In this document: piece after piece, positions 37,333 to 46,619 of the stretch
How positions within the stretch are numbered: the stretch's first letter is position 1
How the letters are laid out: each line of letters opens with the position of its first letter
DNA from: Methylococcales bacterium
GTDB taxonomy: Bacteria > Pseudomonadota > Gammaproteobacteria > Methylococcales > G963664935
Reading direction: 5' to 3'
Assembly (NCBI GenBank): GCA_963664935.2
Contig: CAXXSE010000004.1
Span: 53,651 to 117,650, forward strand
DNA: 64,000 nucleotides
Notes under the pieces: model-generated
The model's database searches: none
What the model saw: only the letters and a program-made list of their open reading frames with translations
What the model was told of the DNA's origin: nothing
Translations under genes and position numbers: made by a program

Positions 37333-38237
37333 TTGACCTTCCCCCATTGGATGGAGAAGCCATTCATCAATTCATTGATCCGGGTCTTTGTGTGAAGGTC
37401 TGTACTGGCTGTCAGGTGGGTATATTTGGCGGTGGTTAAGAGGCTCCTATGGCCGAGGATTTTTTTGCACCTCAAGTAAGTCAACACCCGATTCAATCAG
37501 ATGGGTGGCGTAACTGTGGCGTAGGCTGTGTGGGGTAATCTTTTTTTTATCCCACAGGCGTCCACAAGCTTTTTCAGGGTCGTCTGGACGCCGCCACGAT
37601 CCAGCGGTGTGGTCGCCGTATGACTGCCTTTCAGACCGCCTTTGCGATTCGGGAAGAGCAATACCGGATTGCGATGCACCGACCAGAAGCGACGGAGTAT
37701 ATCCACCGTGGCGTCGGGCAGCGGCACCAAGCGATCCTGATTGCCCTTGGCATCGCGGATATGCACCCGCTGACGCTCAGCATCGATATCACCGACCTCG
37801 AGGCGAAGTCCTTCACCGAGACGCAAGCCGAGACTGTAGACGGTAAAAAAGAACACCCGGTAGCTCAACTTGTGGGCCGCCATAAAGAGACGCGACGCTT
37901 CCTTAATGGTAACGATATCCGGTAAACGTGTGGTCCGCGGTGGCTTAATCAAATCAACGTTCACCCAGGGCTTATGGAGGACATGCTGATAGAAGAATTT
38001 GAGGCCATACAGGTCGAGCTTAACCGCGCTCCAGGAATGCGTACTGAGAAGATTCGAGAAATAATCCGTCAACTGCTGCTCTGAAAGATCATAAACTTGA
38101 TGCTCAAAGTACAAGCCAATGCGACGAATGCCGCGCGAATAGGCCTCTATCGTCTTAGGTTGAAGACCTTTAAGCCTAAGGTGTTGCAGTAACGTTTGAT
38201 AATCGTACTTGAAATTTCTATTGAAGGGTGTTGTCAT
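37329..38237 (-). pseudogene. Tyrosine recombinase (phage-integrase family) of the IS91-type element, two homopolymer frameshifts
   Basis: ORF 37497-38237 plus shifted frames give [42 protein letters not shown]. The shifts are in the T8 run at 37541-37548 and the T7 run at 37460-37466 (+ strand). Confidence 0.8.
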
Positions 38238-38242
38238 GACAC

Positions 38243-38296
38243 TGTAACCTCATATTCGTGGTTGAATACCCCTCGGTGCGAGGGGTTGAGGTTACA
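38243..38296. repeat. Nested hairpin immediately upstream of the integrase gene (possible IS91-type terminus or regulatory structure)
   Basis: TGTAACCTCA ... CCCCTCG gtg CGAGGGG ... TGAGGTTACA: a 10-bp outer stem and a 7-bp inner stem. Confidence 0.5.
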
Positions 38297-38529
38297 TTTT
38301 ATATTTAATCAGAGCCCGAGGTCTTTTCTCCGCGATAGCGGCTTCGTCCAACCAGCGGGTCAACCCGGGCGGCGAACACGGTGGCGGTTTTAGATTCGGT
38401 GTTTTTTCGATACCACTCATTTCTCCAAACCCCGTAGTTTAATTCGCCGCCAGGTTACCCTTAACGTTAGACCTTTTCCCTTGAACGATGAGATAATCTC
38501 CAGCGCTAACCCCATAGTGGTGCTATACG

Positions 38530-38748
38530 ATGACAAATTTGCTTGAAAAAGCTATGACTGAAGTGAAAAATCTTTCTGATTCCGAGCAGGACGCTATAGC
38601 GGCACTTATCCTCGAAGAAATAAAAGATGAAGCGCTTTGGGATAAAGCGTTTGAAGAATCTCAAGATGCTTTATCTAAGCTTGCCGCAGAGGCGATAGCC
38701 GAGGATAGAGCAGGAAAGACCAAAGACCTTGATCCTGAAAAACTGTGA
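38530..38748 (+). CDS. Type II antitoxin (partner of the RelE/ParE-like toxin)
   Basis: 72 aa, acidic. It overlaps the downstream toxin gene by 4 nt (ATGA-type coupling). Confidence 0.6.
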   Translation: MTNLLEKAMTEVKNLSDSEQDAIAALILEEIKDEALWDKAFEESQDALSKLAAEAIAEDRAGKTKDLDPEKL

Positions 38749-39005
38749 AGTCGCGAACAACGGGACAATTTCGGAAAGCATCCGCCAATTTACCCAAAGA
38801 AGTTCAAGACCAAGCGCGCGAAGCATATCGGAAATTTAATCAAAATCCTTGGCACCCCAGCTTACGCTTCAAACAAGTTCATACGAAATCACCAGTTTAC
38901 TCGGCTCGTATAAGTCAAGGTTATCGAGCGGTGGGCCAACGAAATGAAGATAGCATAGTCTGGTTCTGGATTGGCTCGCACGGCGATTATGACAAACTAT
39001 TATAG
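38745..39005 (+). CDS. RelE/ParE-superfamily type II toxin
   Basis: 86 aa with PWHPSLRFKQV ... YSARISQGYRAVGQRNEDSIVWFWIGSHGDYDKLL, typical of this toxin family. Confidence 0.65.
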   Translation: MKSRTTGQFRKASANLPKEVQDQAREAYRKFNQNPWHPSLRFKQVHTKSPVYSARISQGYRAVGQRNEDSIVWFWIGSHGDYDKLL

Positions 39006-39350
39006 CAGCTATAGTGAGAGGTCTAACGAATAAGGTTAGATTGTGTGAGTGAAGCGAACCACAATCTGAACCGTTTGTTGGACAAGCCCGTCGGTTATGA
39101 TCCAGTTTCTCTATGAAAATATCTTTTTGAGTCTCGCTGCCTCTCAAGGCTTACGGTGACCCGCAAACCTCAAAATTCAGCGAATACGGTTGCTATTGCA
39201 GCAACGCGTGGCAAGAATGCCTTCTAGTGAGGCCAGTTCCGCCTATTTTACCCCTTTTTTAGACAAGCGGGTTCCTCAGCGCTATACACTGAATTTAAAT
39301 CCATCCGCAGGGGTGATAGCGTTTACATGATCAATGGCTCCAGCGTATGA

Positions 39351-39894
39351 TCATGTCGGTACCGCCACCTTCCATGGGAACAGCGGAGGAACCCGTGTTT
39401 TGATAATCTTCATCGGACCACCGCAACACCGACAGGTCAGTGTGGGTCGTTTTCTAAGCCATGCCAATGCTCGGCCTAGATCCAGTTTGAGTAAATACTG
39501 AAGCAACTGTATCGAGTGTTTGCTATTGGGGTGCAAAAAACCGAAATTCCTAGCCCGTCTAAACCTTTTGGGTAGGGCATGCTGGAGGATCAACCACAAA
39601 AATTGCGGGCCGGAAACGGTCTTAAGCTCAATCTGCTGGGTCTTGCTATTTGGGTAGCGAAAAGTCACTCGACCCGCCTCACAAGCGACAATATCCTTTT
39701 CCTGGATCACGCCGCGATAGAGGTAACGACCCAGATAGATCAACGCCTTCTCACCGGAGCCGACCGATTTGCAATCCACGACCCACTCTTCAGGGTGTCT
39801 AGTCGGTAGCGCAAGTCCCGCCTGGGTCATTTCCTCAAGCATCTAAGCGCGAAATACTTTGGCTAGTGCCTGATGGTTGAACAGGTAACCGCTT
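39351..39894 (-). pseudogene. C-terminal part of an IS91-family transposase (integrase-associated subgroup), separated from its middle part by IS21; in-frame TAG
   Basis: It reads YLFNHQALAKVFRA*MLEEMTQAGL ... RYLYRGVI ... FGFLHPNSK ... CRCCGGPMKII. The TAG is at 39843-39845. Confidence 0.8.
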
Positions 39895-40070
39895 ATCTAA
39901 TGTCAATTACTCTGGCCGGTCGGCGTAAATTATCTTGGCCGGTTTTTAAGTGTTGTTATTTATCTCATGTTTTTTCCCTCTGGTAGGTTTTGTTGCCGGG
40001 GTTGGCGTAACGGAAGGAGCCCGTAGGGCGACTGGAGTTACGCCAACCCCGGCGGGCGCCGTTGAAGGTG

Positions 40071-40823
40071 CTATTTTTTGGCCATGGCGGCTTTTTTTCG
40101 GTAACTTTGTCCGTGTAGTTCGATAATTGTCGCGTGATGGACCAGGCGGTCAATTGCAGCCACAGGCATCATGCTGTCCGCGAAAATCTGATCCCAGTCA
40201 CTAAACGTTTGGTTGGCCGTGATGATAAGACTTCCCGTTTCATAGCGGTGGGCAATAAACTCAAACAATACCTGGGTCTCTCCATCACTGCGTTTAACGT
40301 AACCCAGATCATCCAGAATGATGAGTCTATACTTATCGAGTTTGTGTAGGTGACTTTCCAGGCAATACCCGTCTCTGGCGCGTTGCAGCTCTTGCACCAA
40401 TGCGGTTGCTGGGTAATGCCGTACACGCACGCCTTGTTCTATCAGTCGTGCTCCGATAGCACAGGCCGGGTGCGTTTTGCCCAGGCCACTCGCGCCAAAC
40501 AACAAAAGGTTCCATGCCTGTGATATCCAGTCAACGTTGTTAGACAGTGCCTCGATTTGTGCACGGTTTATGCCTTTATCCTGGTCAAAGTCGAAGCTGG
40601 GCAGCGTTTTCCCAGCGGGCAGTTTTGATTCTTTGTGGTAGCCGGCCAATCGCCGGGAATGACGATGGGTGATTTCCAGTTCACACAATGCACTGAGAAA
40701 TTGCTCATGGCTCCATTTCCGTGCTTTGTCACTGCTGGCAAGCTCCGCCCAGTGGCGGCCAATGGTTGCAAGCCTCAGCTCTTTGAGCATGACCGGTAAG
40801 CTTGTACAGGTAGACATTAGCAT
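40071..40823 (-). CDS. istB: IS21 helper ATPase IstB
   Basis: Walker A is LFGASGLGKTH and Walker B is LIILDDLGY. It overlaps the istA 3' end. Confidence 0.9.
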   Translation of the reverse strand: MLMSTCTSLPVMLKELRLATIGRHWAELASSDKARKWSHEQFLSALCELEITHRHSRRLAGYHKESKLPAGKTLPSFDFDQDKGINRAQIEALSNNVDWISQAWNLLLFGASGLGKTHPACAIGARLIEQGVRVRHYPATALVQELQRARDGYCLESHLHKLDKYRLIILDDLGYVKRSDGETQVLFEFIAHRYETGSLIITANQTFSDWDQIFADSMMPVAAIDRLVHHATIIELHGQSYRKKAAMAKK

Positions 40824-42331
40824 GCTCCCGAAGAGCTGAGCAGCGCCTCATAGTCGTCCAGGGCGTGTTGTTCGACGTCAACGCTGGGGTGTGGCTGCGC
40901 TTTTCCCTCAAATCGTTTTTCTAGCGTGCACACGCCTGGCAAGTCGTCCGGCTCCGCTCGTTTCATCAGGTATTCACCGAGTGTCTTCTCGCAATCAGCT
41001 CGTGCGGCCAATGCCAGTATACCCACCATCCATTTACAGGCCGCTCGTGGTTCCATGCGTTCATCGGCGATTCGCCACAGTTTCCGGTAATTGTCGTTTG
41101 GCAGAAGGTCATCGCGCAACATGGAGCACCGAAAGGCTTGTGGCTTTTTCGCCAAGTTGCCGATCAGATGACGATAGTCGATCTGACGGGCTCGCTCACG
41201 GCCTTTGGGATGATGATTGCGCGGCAACTCCAGTACCGCACTGGACCCTAAATAACCTTTGAGATGATCATCATAAAGATGAATGCGCAACCTTGAACCG
41301 ACCAGTCGGGAGGGCACCGTATAAAGCACTCTCTTGACCTCGATAGTGCCGGTGCTGCTGACAGCGGCAATGCACTCGGTGTAATCGGCACTGCGATGAC
41401 AGGGCAGTGCGCCAAGAGATGCCCGTTCCACCTTGATCCGGTCCTGGTGGCGTCGGTTGATGCCATCCGTTACCGTGTTCAGAAACGTCTGATAGTCGCT
41501 GAGGGTATCAAAATCACGTGACCCACGAAGCAATAAGGCTTGTTCGATACGCCACTTGAGATGCCCGTGTGGTGACTCGACGGAGTCATTCTCGTGGCCA
41601 CGTCCTCGGTTATTTCGCGTCGCTTTCATGCCATAGTTCTGGCACAGATCGGCGTACCGTGATGTGATGTCCTTTTTCTCGTCTTGATCCAGGTTCTTGA
41701 AGGCCGCGGATAGGCTGTCCGTTCGGTGTTCCTTCGGGCTGCCACCCAGGCGCCACAGCGCTTCTTGTAATCCCGTCGCCAGGGCCGTGAAGCTTTCTCC
41801 GCCCAGTACCGCCATCGCGTAACACCATCCGGAAAAGGCCAACCTGAAATGGTAAATCAAGTGTTTGAGTGGCTTGTTGCCTAGAGTGATCGCCTCACTC
41901 TTTAGCTGAGTGAAATCAGACAAGCCCTGCAGACCCGGTGGGTGTTCTTGCAGAAAAACAACGTCCTGTTCCTTGCCGTATTTGGCCTTCCACAGCTGCA
42001 CACGCCTTTGCAACGTGCGTTTCTTGGAGTCAGGATAGCGCTCTGGATCACGTTCTTGCAGCATCTCAAGCAACGTTGTGGCCGATAGATTGGGTGCGTT
42101 CTTGAGTTTGCCGACGAGTTCGCTGTCCCAAACCTCGGTAAAAGGGTCATCGCGCGTACGCCAATGTCGCATTGGCCGCTTGCCTACCTGCAGCTGTCGT
42201 TTATCGATCCGCCGACCGCTACGCACAGATATCCCTGCAACCGCACTCGATGTCTCCTGTGTCTTGTTTTCGTTTCTCGTTTTCATGTACAAATTAACCT
42301 GTTGTTCGTTGATTCTTTTTCCCGGCATCAC
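40817..42331 (-). CDS. istA: IS21 transposase IstA
   Basis: 504 aa with an N-terminal HTH and a DDE core (SDFTQL ... HRTDSLSAA ... HENDSVESPHG). Confidence 0.9.
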   Translation of the reverse strand: MMPGKRINEQQVNLYMKTRNENKTQETSSAVAGISVRSGRRIDKRQLQVGKRPMRHWRTRDDPFTEVWDSELVGKLKNAPNLSATTLLEMLQERDPERYPDSKKRTLQRRVQLWKAKYGKEQDVVFLQEHPPGLQGLSDFTQLKSEAITLGNKPLKHLIYHFRLAFSGWCYAMAVLGGESFTALATGLQEALWRLGGSPKEHRTDSLSAAFKNLDQDEKKDITSRYADLCQNYGMKATRNNRGRGHENDSVESPHGHLKWRIEQALLLRGSRDFDTLSDYQTFLNTVTDGINRRHQDRIKVERASLGALPCHRSADYTECIAAVSSTGTIEVKRVLYTVPSRLVGSRLRIHLYDDHLKGYLGSSAVLELPRNHHPKGRERARQIDYRHLIGNLAKKPQAFRCSMLRDDLLPNDNYRKLWRIADERMEPRAACKWMVGILALAARADCEKTLGEYLMKRAEPDDLPGVCTLEKRFEGKAQPHPSVDVEQHALDDYEALLSSSGAC

Positions 42332-42426
42332 GCACTCTCTAAATCAGAAAAGTAATGCCAGGAACCCTATCAGAATACCGGCCAGGATAATTGTCGCCGA
42401 CCGGCCAGGATAATTGTCACTCAATA

Positions 42427-42680
42427 AACCGCTTTTGGTTTTGATCTTGTTTTTGACTTTAGGCTTGTTTTTCTTGGTTCGCCAAAGTTTATTCAACGCA
42501 TCAATCGCCGCCGCGGGCATGATCATATGCACATGGGGATGAAAATCCAGACAGCGAGAATGGGTGTGTAAAACAGCAATAGCGCCCGGAATCCCCTGAA
42601 GCTGTTTGTCGTTTTGACTAAAGGTTCGCAGTGTATCCCAACAGCATTGGATCATCGTCGAATACATCTGGCGTTGACCC
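42427..42680 (-). pseudogene. Middle part of the IS91-family transposase interrupted by IS21
   Basis: It reads IQCCWDTLRTFSQ ... GAIAVLHTHSRCLDFHPHVHMIMPAAAID ... IKTKSG. Joining it to 39894 across the IS21 target duplication restores IKTKSGYLFNHQAL. Confidence 0.8.
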
Positions 42681-43043
42681 TATATGTAGTTTATTCACCA
42701 CGTCCCTGTGGTTCCCCCTTCGGGCCAGCTAAAGCTGTTCAAATTCGTTCCTGACGAATTTGTCTGTCCGTTGGCTCGCAGGTTTGCACTTAGGCTTCTT
42801 TCAGCGGGTCGGTCGCCCTTCCGCACCTTGCCCTCGGCTAGTACTTTTAAAGTTGTAAAGTATAACTCCTTTCTGGATAATGTACAGGGGACTTGCACCC
42901 CATAAAATCATGCCCATGCCGGGCACACACAAGGCAATAGTTCGGAATTTTAAAAGCTTCGGCCAAAAAACGGCCTCCACTTTTAAAATCCGCACATTGC
43001 GTCGTTATGCGCAATAGGTGAATCAAGGCAAGATACGCTAGAG

Positions 43044-43259
43044 GTGAATATGAGTATCCCAAAGAAAATAGTTGATAGTATAAAGATGTTACCGAAGTCA
43101 AAACAAATAGAGATATTTGATTTCGTGGAGTATCTAAAACAAAAAACAGAAAAAGAAGCAGATAAGGATTGGTCTGGTTTGTCCATTGCATCAGCAATGA
43201 GAGGAATGGAAGCAGAGGAATCTCCTTACTCACAAAATGATCTTAAGGAGATTTATTGA
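43044..43259 (+). CDS. DUF2281-like antitoxin
   Basis: It has IVDSIKMLPKSKQIEIFDFVEYLKQK. Its stop overlaps the ATG of the MazF-like gene (TGATG). Confidence 0.65.
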   Translation: MNMSIPKKIVDSIKMLPKSKQIEIFDFVEYLKQKTEKEADKDWSGLSIASAMRGMEAEESPYSQNDLKEIY

Positions 43260-43605
43260 TGATTTCAGAGGGGCAAATCGTGCTTTTCAAATTTCCACAA
43301 ACCAACCAGGACAAAGGGAAACTACGCCCGCACTTGTTCTTAGAAGGGTGCTCGGAAAATACAATGATTGGCTCATTTGCATGATTTCTTCCCAGATACA
43401 TCAATACGTTCCAGATATTGACGAAGAAATTACCTCAAGTGAGCCAGACTTTCAGGAATCTGGCCTGAAACAGCCGAGTATTATCAGAGTTAGCAGGCTT
43501 GCGGTTGTGGAAGAAGGTATTCTGATTGGCAAGTTGGGACAAATAGAGAGTGCACGACTTATTAGGTTGAAAATAAATCTTTGCAATTGGATCAAGAGCG
43601 CTTAA
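43259..43605 (+). pseudogene. MazF/PemK-like toxin, frameshifted near 43330
   Basis: The frame from the ATG at 43259 gives MISEGQIVLFKFPQTNQDKGKLRP and then terminates. The ORF-track frame (43237) continues ALVLRRVLGKYNDWLICMISSQ ... PSIIRVSRLAVVEE. Together they form a canonical MazF N-terminus if one nucleotide is restored at CGCCCG|CAC. Confidence 0.7.
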
Positions 43606-43937
43606 CAAGCCAAATGTTGTGTCAAGTTAAATTCAGGACTTTGGGATTAGAAAGGAAGCCATGAAATTAGTCATTGTTACCCAATGGGTGAGAGCTGGAA
43701 ACAGCTCAAGTCCCATCAGAGGAGGCTAGCCTACCAAGTCTGAAATGAACCTGCGTGTAGATCCAACAGGGTCTGCATGAAGCCAGGTGTAGTGAGAGCG
43801 GAATAATTAGGGTCAGATACAAATTAATTGCCAATCTACACAACAACCGTATGTACGCTCATTCTTCGCATTTAATTTGTATCTAACCACAATTTTCTAA
43901 AGCGTCAAAATGATTAATTTAATCTTTTCCTGGCGTC

Positions 43938-44357
43938 TTATCGGGCAGGTAAAATACGAAATTTACGTCGCCCTTCAATGCGGTAGGTTTCGAAGTCGTT
44001 GTGATTGATGGTAAATATGCTTGTCAATGATTCCCTCCGAGCCAGGTATACCAAGGTAGCATCGGCAAAATCCATGGGGCGATCATGATATTTCTTCATC
44101 AATGTTTCGAGCGCGTTTTTATCGCCGTCGTCAATCGAAAGCATGGAGACAACGTCCGCATTCAGCAACGACCAGGCAGCACTCATTTCGTGGTGGCTAT
44201 CGCCAATCAGATGAAACAGTTCGGTGAGTACTGCGGCTGAAGTAAATAAAGGTAAACGAAAGCTGGAAAATATATCCACGCAGGGGTGATGCCAGCGGTC
44301 ATCCCGGTCAAGCAGAGCAAGAATGGCGCCTGTATCGATAAGCGCTTTAGCGCGCAC
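43938..44357 (-). CDS. vapC: PIN-domain toxin VapC
   Basis: It has the acidic PIN residues in ALIDTGAILALLDRDD ... VLTELFHL ... DFADATLV ... INHNDF. Confidence 0.85.
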   Translation of the reverse strand: MRAKALIDTGAILALLDRDDRWHHPCVDIFSSFRLPLFTSAAVLTELFHLIGDSHHEMSAAWSLLNADVVSMLSIDDGDKNALETLMKKYHDRPMDFADATLVYLARRESLTSIFTINHNDFETYRIEGRRKFRILPAR

Positions 44358-44637
44358 AACGTTTGGTAAGTCGCGCTCTTAGCGTATGACGTACGTTTTC
44401 CGAGCGTTTTGGATCCCCACCCGCGAACGCACCGAAGCATATTGCCGCGGCTTTATGCCGACGTGCTTGTTCTTCATTATCGTGGCTATTATCGGTTTTA
44501 TAGAATTCCGAAAGCCATTCGTCAACTACCGACTCGAGCAGTTTCGCAATACTCATGCGTTGTTTTTTTGCAGCTTCTTCTAATGCCACCTTCATTGGCA
44601 GCGAAAGCCGCCAACTGTAGACTTCGGTTTTATTCAT
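44347..44637 (-). CDS. vapB: RHH/CopG-type antitoxin VapB
   Basis: It has WRLSLPMKVALEEAAKKQRMSIAKLLESVV. It overlaps vapC by 11 nt. Confidence 0.7.
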   Translation of the reverse strand: MNKTEVYSWRLSLPMKVALEEAAKKQRMSIAKLLESVVDEWLSEFYKTDNSHDNEEQARRHKAAAICFGAFAGGDPKRSENVRHTLRARLTKRCAR

Positions 44638-44781
44638 GCACTACAGAGTAGTACAATTTAAGCGTATTAGTAGTCTTGTCCAATATGAAATGGCCCTGAA
44701 CGGGAGCCGTGATTCCAACGTGAAACGGCCCTGTACCTGAGGAGTAATTTCTGCTCATGATGGTCACCTATGGTGATCTAT

Positions 44782-45225
44782 ATGAGTGACAAAAAGATAA
44801 AAACATTGGATGACGTCCGCATCTTTCTCTAAGGAACTGTGGAGGTTGAGTTTTCAATTACCAACAAGGAAGAGCGCTACCAGTGGATTCGGCGTACATT
44901 GGTCAAATTCAGTTATATCTCTTGCAGCAAGAACGGTAAGGGATTGATCATCCGCTATCTGGAGCAGGTGAGTGGCTATTCTCCACGGCAAGTGAAACGG
45001 CTGGTACAGCAATACAAAAAAACCGGATACATCAAGCGCCAACAGCGTACAGCATCGGGATTTGAACGCTTCTACCGCCCTGAGGACGCAGTGCTGTTAG
45101 CTGAGACCGACAAGCTCCATGGGACACTCTGCGGTGCAGCCACCAAGAAGATCTGTGAGCGGATGCTTTTGATCTATGAGGATTATCGCTATGAGCGCTT
45201 AGCAAAGATTTCGGTTGCCCATCTC
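44782..45225 (+). pseudogene. N-terminal half of the rve-type transposase (HTH region), with in-frame TAA
   Basis: It reads MSDKKIKTLDDVRIFL*GTVEVEFSI ... RYLEQVSGYSPRQVKRLVQQYKKTG ... AKISVAHL. The TAA is at 44830-44832. The segment ends exactly at the inverted IS end. Confidence 0.75.
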
Positions 45226-45289
45226 AGTCTATTCCAATCTATAAATGGCCCTGAAACAGAGGGGTAGAGAATCTACCTGAAGAGGCAAA

Positions 45290-46089
45290 TCAGGCAATAC
45301 TCCGCTCCTGCTCAAAGATGGTTTTGAAAAGTTTACGTTTGGCCTCATTCATCTGTTTGACTGCGTCATTGTCGCTGATTGAGAAGGCAATTGCATCCAG
45401 CTTTTTAAAGGTGGTTCCCAGTTTGAGATATTGGTTTGCATCAGGTAATGATTTGAGCTTCTCGTAGGGTGTCATCATTAACTTGTAGGGATAGCTCTTT
45501 TTCACCTTTCCTTTGTTGTCTTCTTTTGGGACAGGAAAAAAGCAAGGACGATGGAAGTTGATATAGGGGTTGAAATACTCTCTGTGAAATTCATTAAGTT
45601 GAGGCGCCCAGTACCCCGGGATATGGTCGTACCCCAGATGTTTGCGGATGATGGTTCCGTTCTTGGACTCGGCGAGTGCATTGTCGTTGGAATGGCGTGG
45701 GCGTGATTTGGTCAGGTCAATATGGAGCTTTCCGAGCAGTTTTGCCACGGTATGATTGATGTATTCCGAACCGTTATCCGCGTGAAATGCCAGGATGACA
45801 AAAGGGAAGATTTCGATCAGCATCTCCAGGACCGGAATCATGAAACGCTCAGTAATCCGTTCTACGGAGAATATACATTCAAATTGCGTGACTTCATCAA
45901 CCGCATTGATATGGTAAACCCCTTTGATCCCATCCAGGTCGCCCTGATGGACTGTGTCGATCCGTAGAAAGCCTGGTTTACCTTCTGAATTGGGTTTTCG
46001 TCGCTCGCCTATCTGAGAGCGTTTTGAAGCGGTTTTATCAAACTGGCGGCGCTGTCGTTGATAACACGTAGAATGACGAAGATTATAGA
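45290..46089 (-). pseudogene. C-terminal half of the rve-type transposase (DDE integrase core), inverted relative to its N-terminal half
   Basis: It reads VYNLRHSTCYQRQ ... LRIDTVHQGD ... FHADNGSEYINH ... RPRHSNDNALAESKNG. Joining AHL (45225) to VYNL (46089) is in frame. Confidence 0.8.
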
Positions 46090-46317
46090 CAGTCTTGTCC
46101 AATATGAAATGGCCCTGAAGAGGGGGGTAATTTCTAACGTGAAATGGCCCTGAAACCGAGAACAGATCATAAATTGAGGTTAACTTACGCTTCAGAAGTG
46201 TCAAGGAGATTCCTCCGCTACGCTACAAACTCCTCCTTGACACCTCTTCCGCTCCAGTTAAAAGGTTATTCATGATCTGTTCCCAATTTCAGGGCCATTT
46301 ATAGATTGGAATAGACT
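46090..46317 (+). mobile_element. Second copy of the 227/228-bp MITE
   Basis: It is identical to 20856-21082 except A5 versus A4 in AGTTAAAA(A)GG. Confidence 0.85.
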
Positions 46318-46619
46318 TGATACCGGCCGTGTCGATGTGCGAAAACGGCGGGAATCATTTGATATCAGTCCGCGATGGTCGGTCACGCTCGGGGAAAAAA
46401 CATCTTTGCAAATGGGATATTCCCACGCAGAAACAAATTTTCCGGACGCCGAAGATACCGGTTTATTCGGTTTTACTTCGGATAGCGCCGATGTCACACT
46501 CAGCTATCAATTCAATCCAAAAATTCAATTTCTCACCGTTTTAAACGCATCGTACTTTGATAACCCCGATTTAGGCTTGAAAACGGACAATTACGGTTTT
46601 ACCCTGGGTATCAGTCACC
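46318..46619 (+). pseudogene. Outer-membrane beta-barrel protein of an exopolysaccharide locus (EpsL-like), 5'-truncated, part 1
   Basis: It has an alternating amphipathic beta-strand pattern (WSVTLGEKTSLQMGYSH ... ADVTLSYQFN ... YGFTLGISH). It is cut by the IS/MITE at 46317 and by IS4 at 46620. Confidence 0.45.

Larger units (their letters stand above)
39895..42426 (-). mobile_element. IS21-family insertion sequence (istA-istB), apparently intact
   Basis: An 8-bp direct repeat AACCGCTT flanks it (39887-39894 and 42427-42434). The imperfect terminal IRs are ATCTAATGTCAATT and AATTGTCACTCAATA. Subterminal repeats CCGGCCAGGATAATTGTC occur twice at the right end and twice, inverted, at the left end. 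Confidence 0.9.
44672..46317. mobile_element. Rearranged rve(DDE)-transposase IS with embedded MITE: left end, N-terminal tnp (+), inverted right end, C-terminal tnp (-), then MITE
   Basis: The left end AGTCTTGTCCAATATGAAATGGCCCTGAA is at 44672. The inverted right end AGTCTATTCCAATCTATAAATGGCCCTGAAA is at 45226. The MITE occupies 46090-46317. Confidence 0.8.

Noticed and set aside
42681-43020. A non-coding, structured-looking segment next to the IS91-type transposase fragment. It was considered as the missing 3' half (domains V/VI) of the group II intron fragment at 36815, on the opposite strand.
   Set aside because: I could not find a 34-nt domain V hairpin (an AGC triad at the helix base, a 2-nt bulge and a GNRA loop) on either strand. 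No simple single inversion restores a contiguous intron plus its host gene. The segment is left unassigned.
43686-43718. The hairpin ATGGG-TGA-GAGCTG-GAAA-CAGCTC-AAGT-CCCAT was considered as a group II intron domain V.
   Set aside because: The geometry is wrong. The AGC lies next to the tetraloop rather than at the helix base. There is a symmetric internal loop instead of a 2-nt 3' bulge, and the lower stem is only 5 bp.
43813-43884. The inverted repeat GTCAGATACAAATTAA ... TTAATTTGTATCTAAC lies between convergent TA genes. It was considered as an integron attC site, given the cassette-like TA content.
   Set aside because: attC sites read RYYYAAC ... GTTRRRY from 5' to 3'. Here the core-like heptamers are in the reverse arrangement (GTCAGAT ... 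ATCTAAC). No integron integrase or regular cassette array is present.
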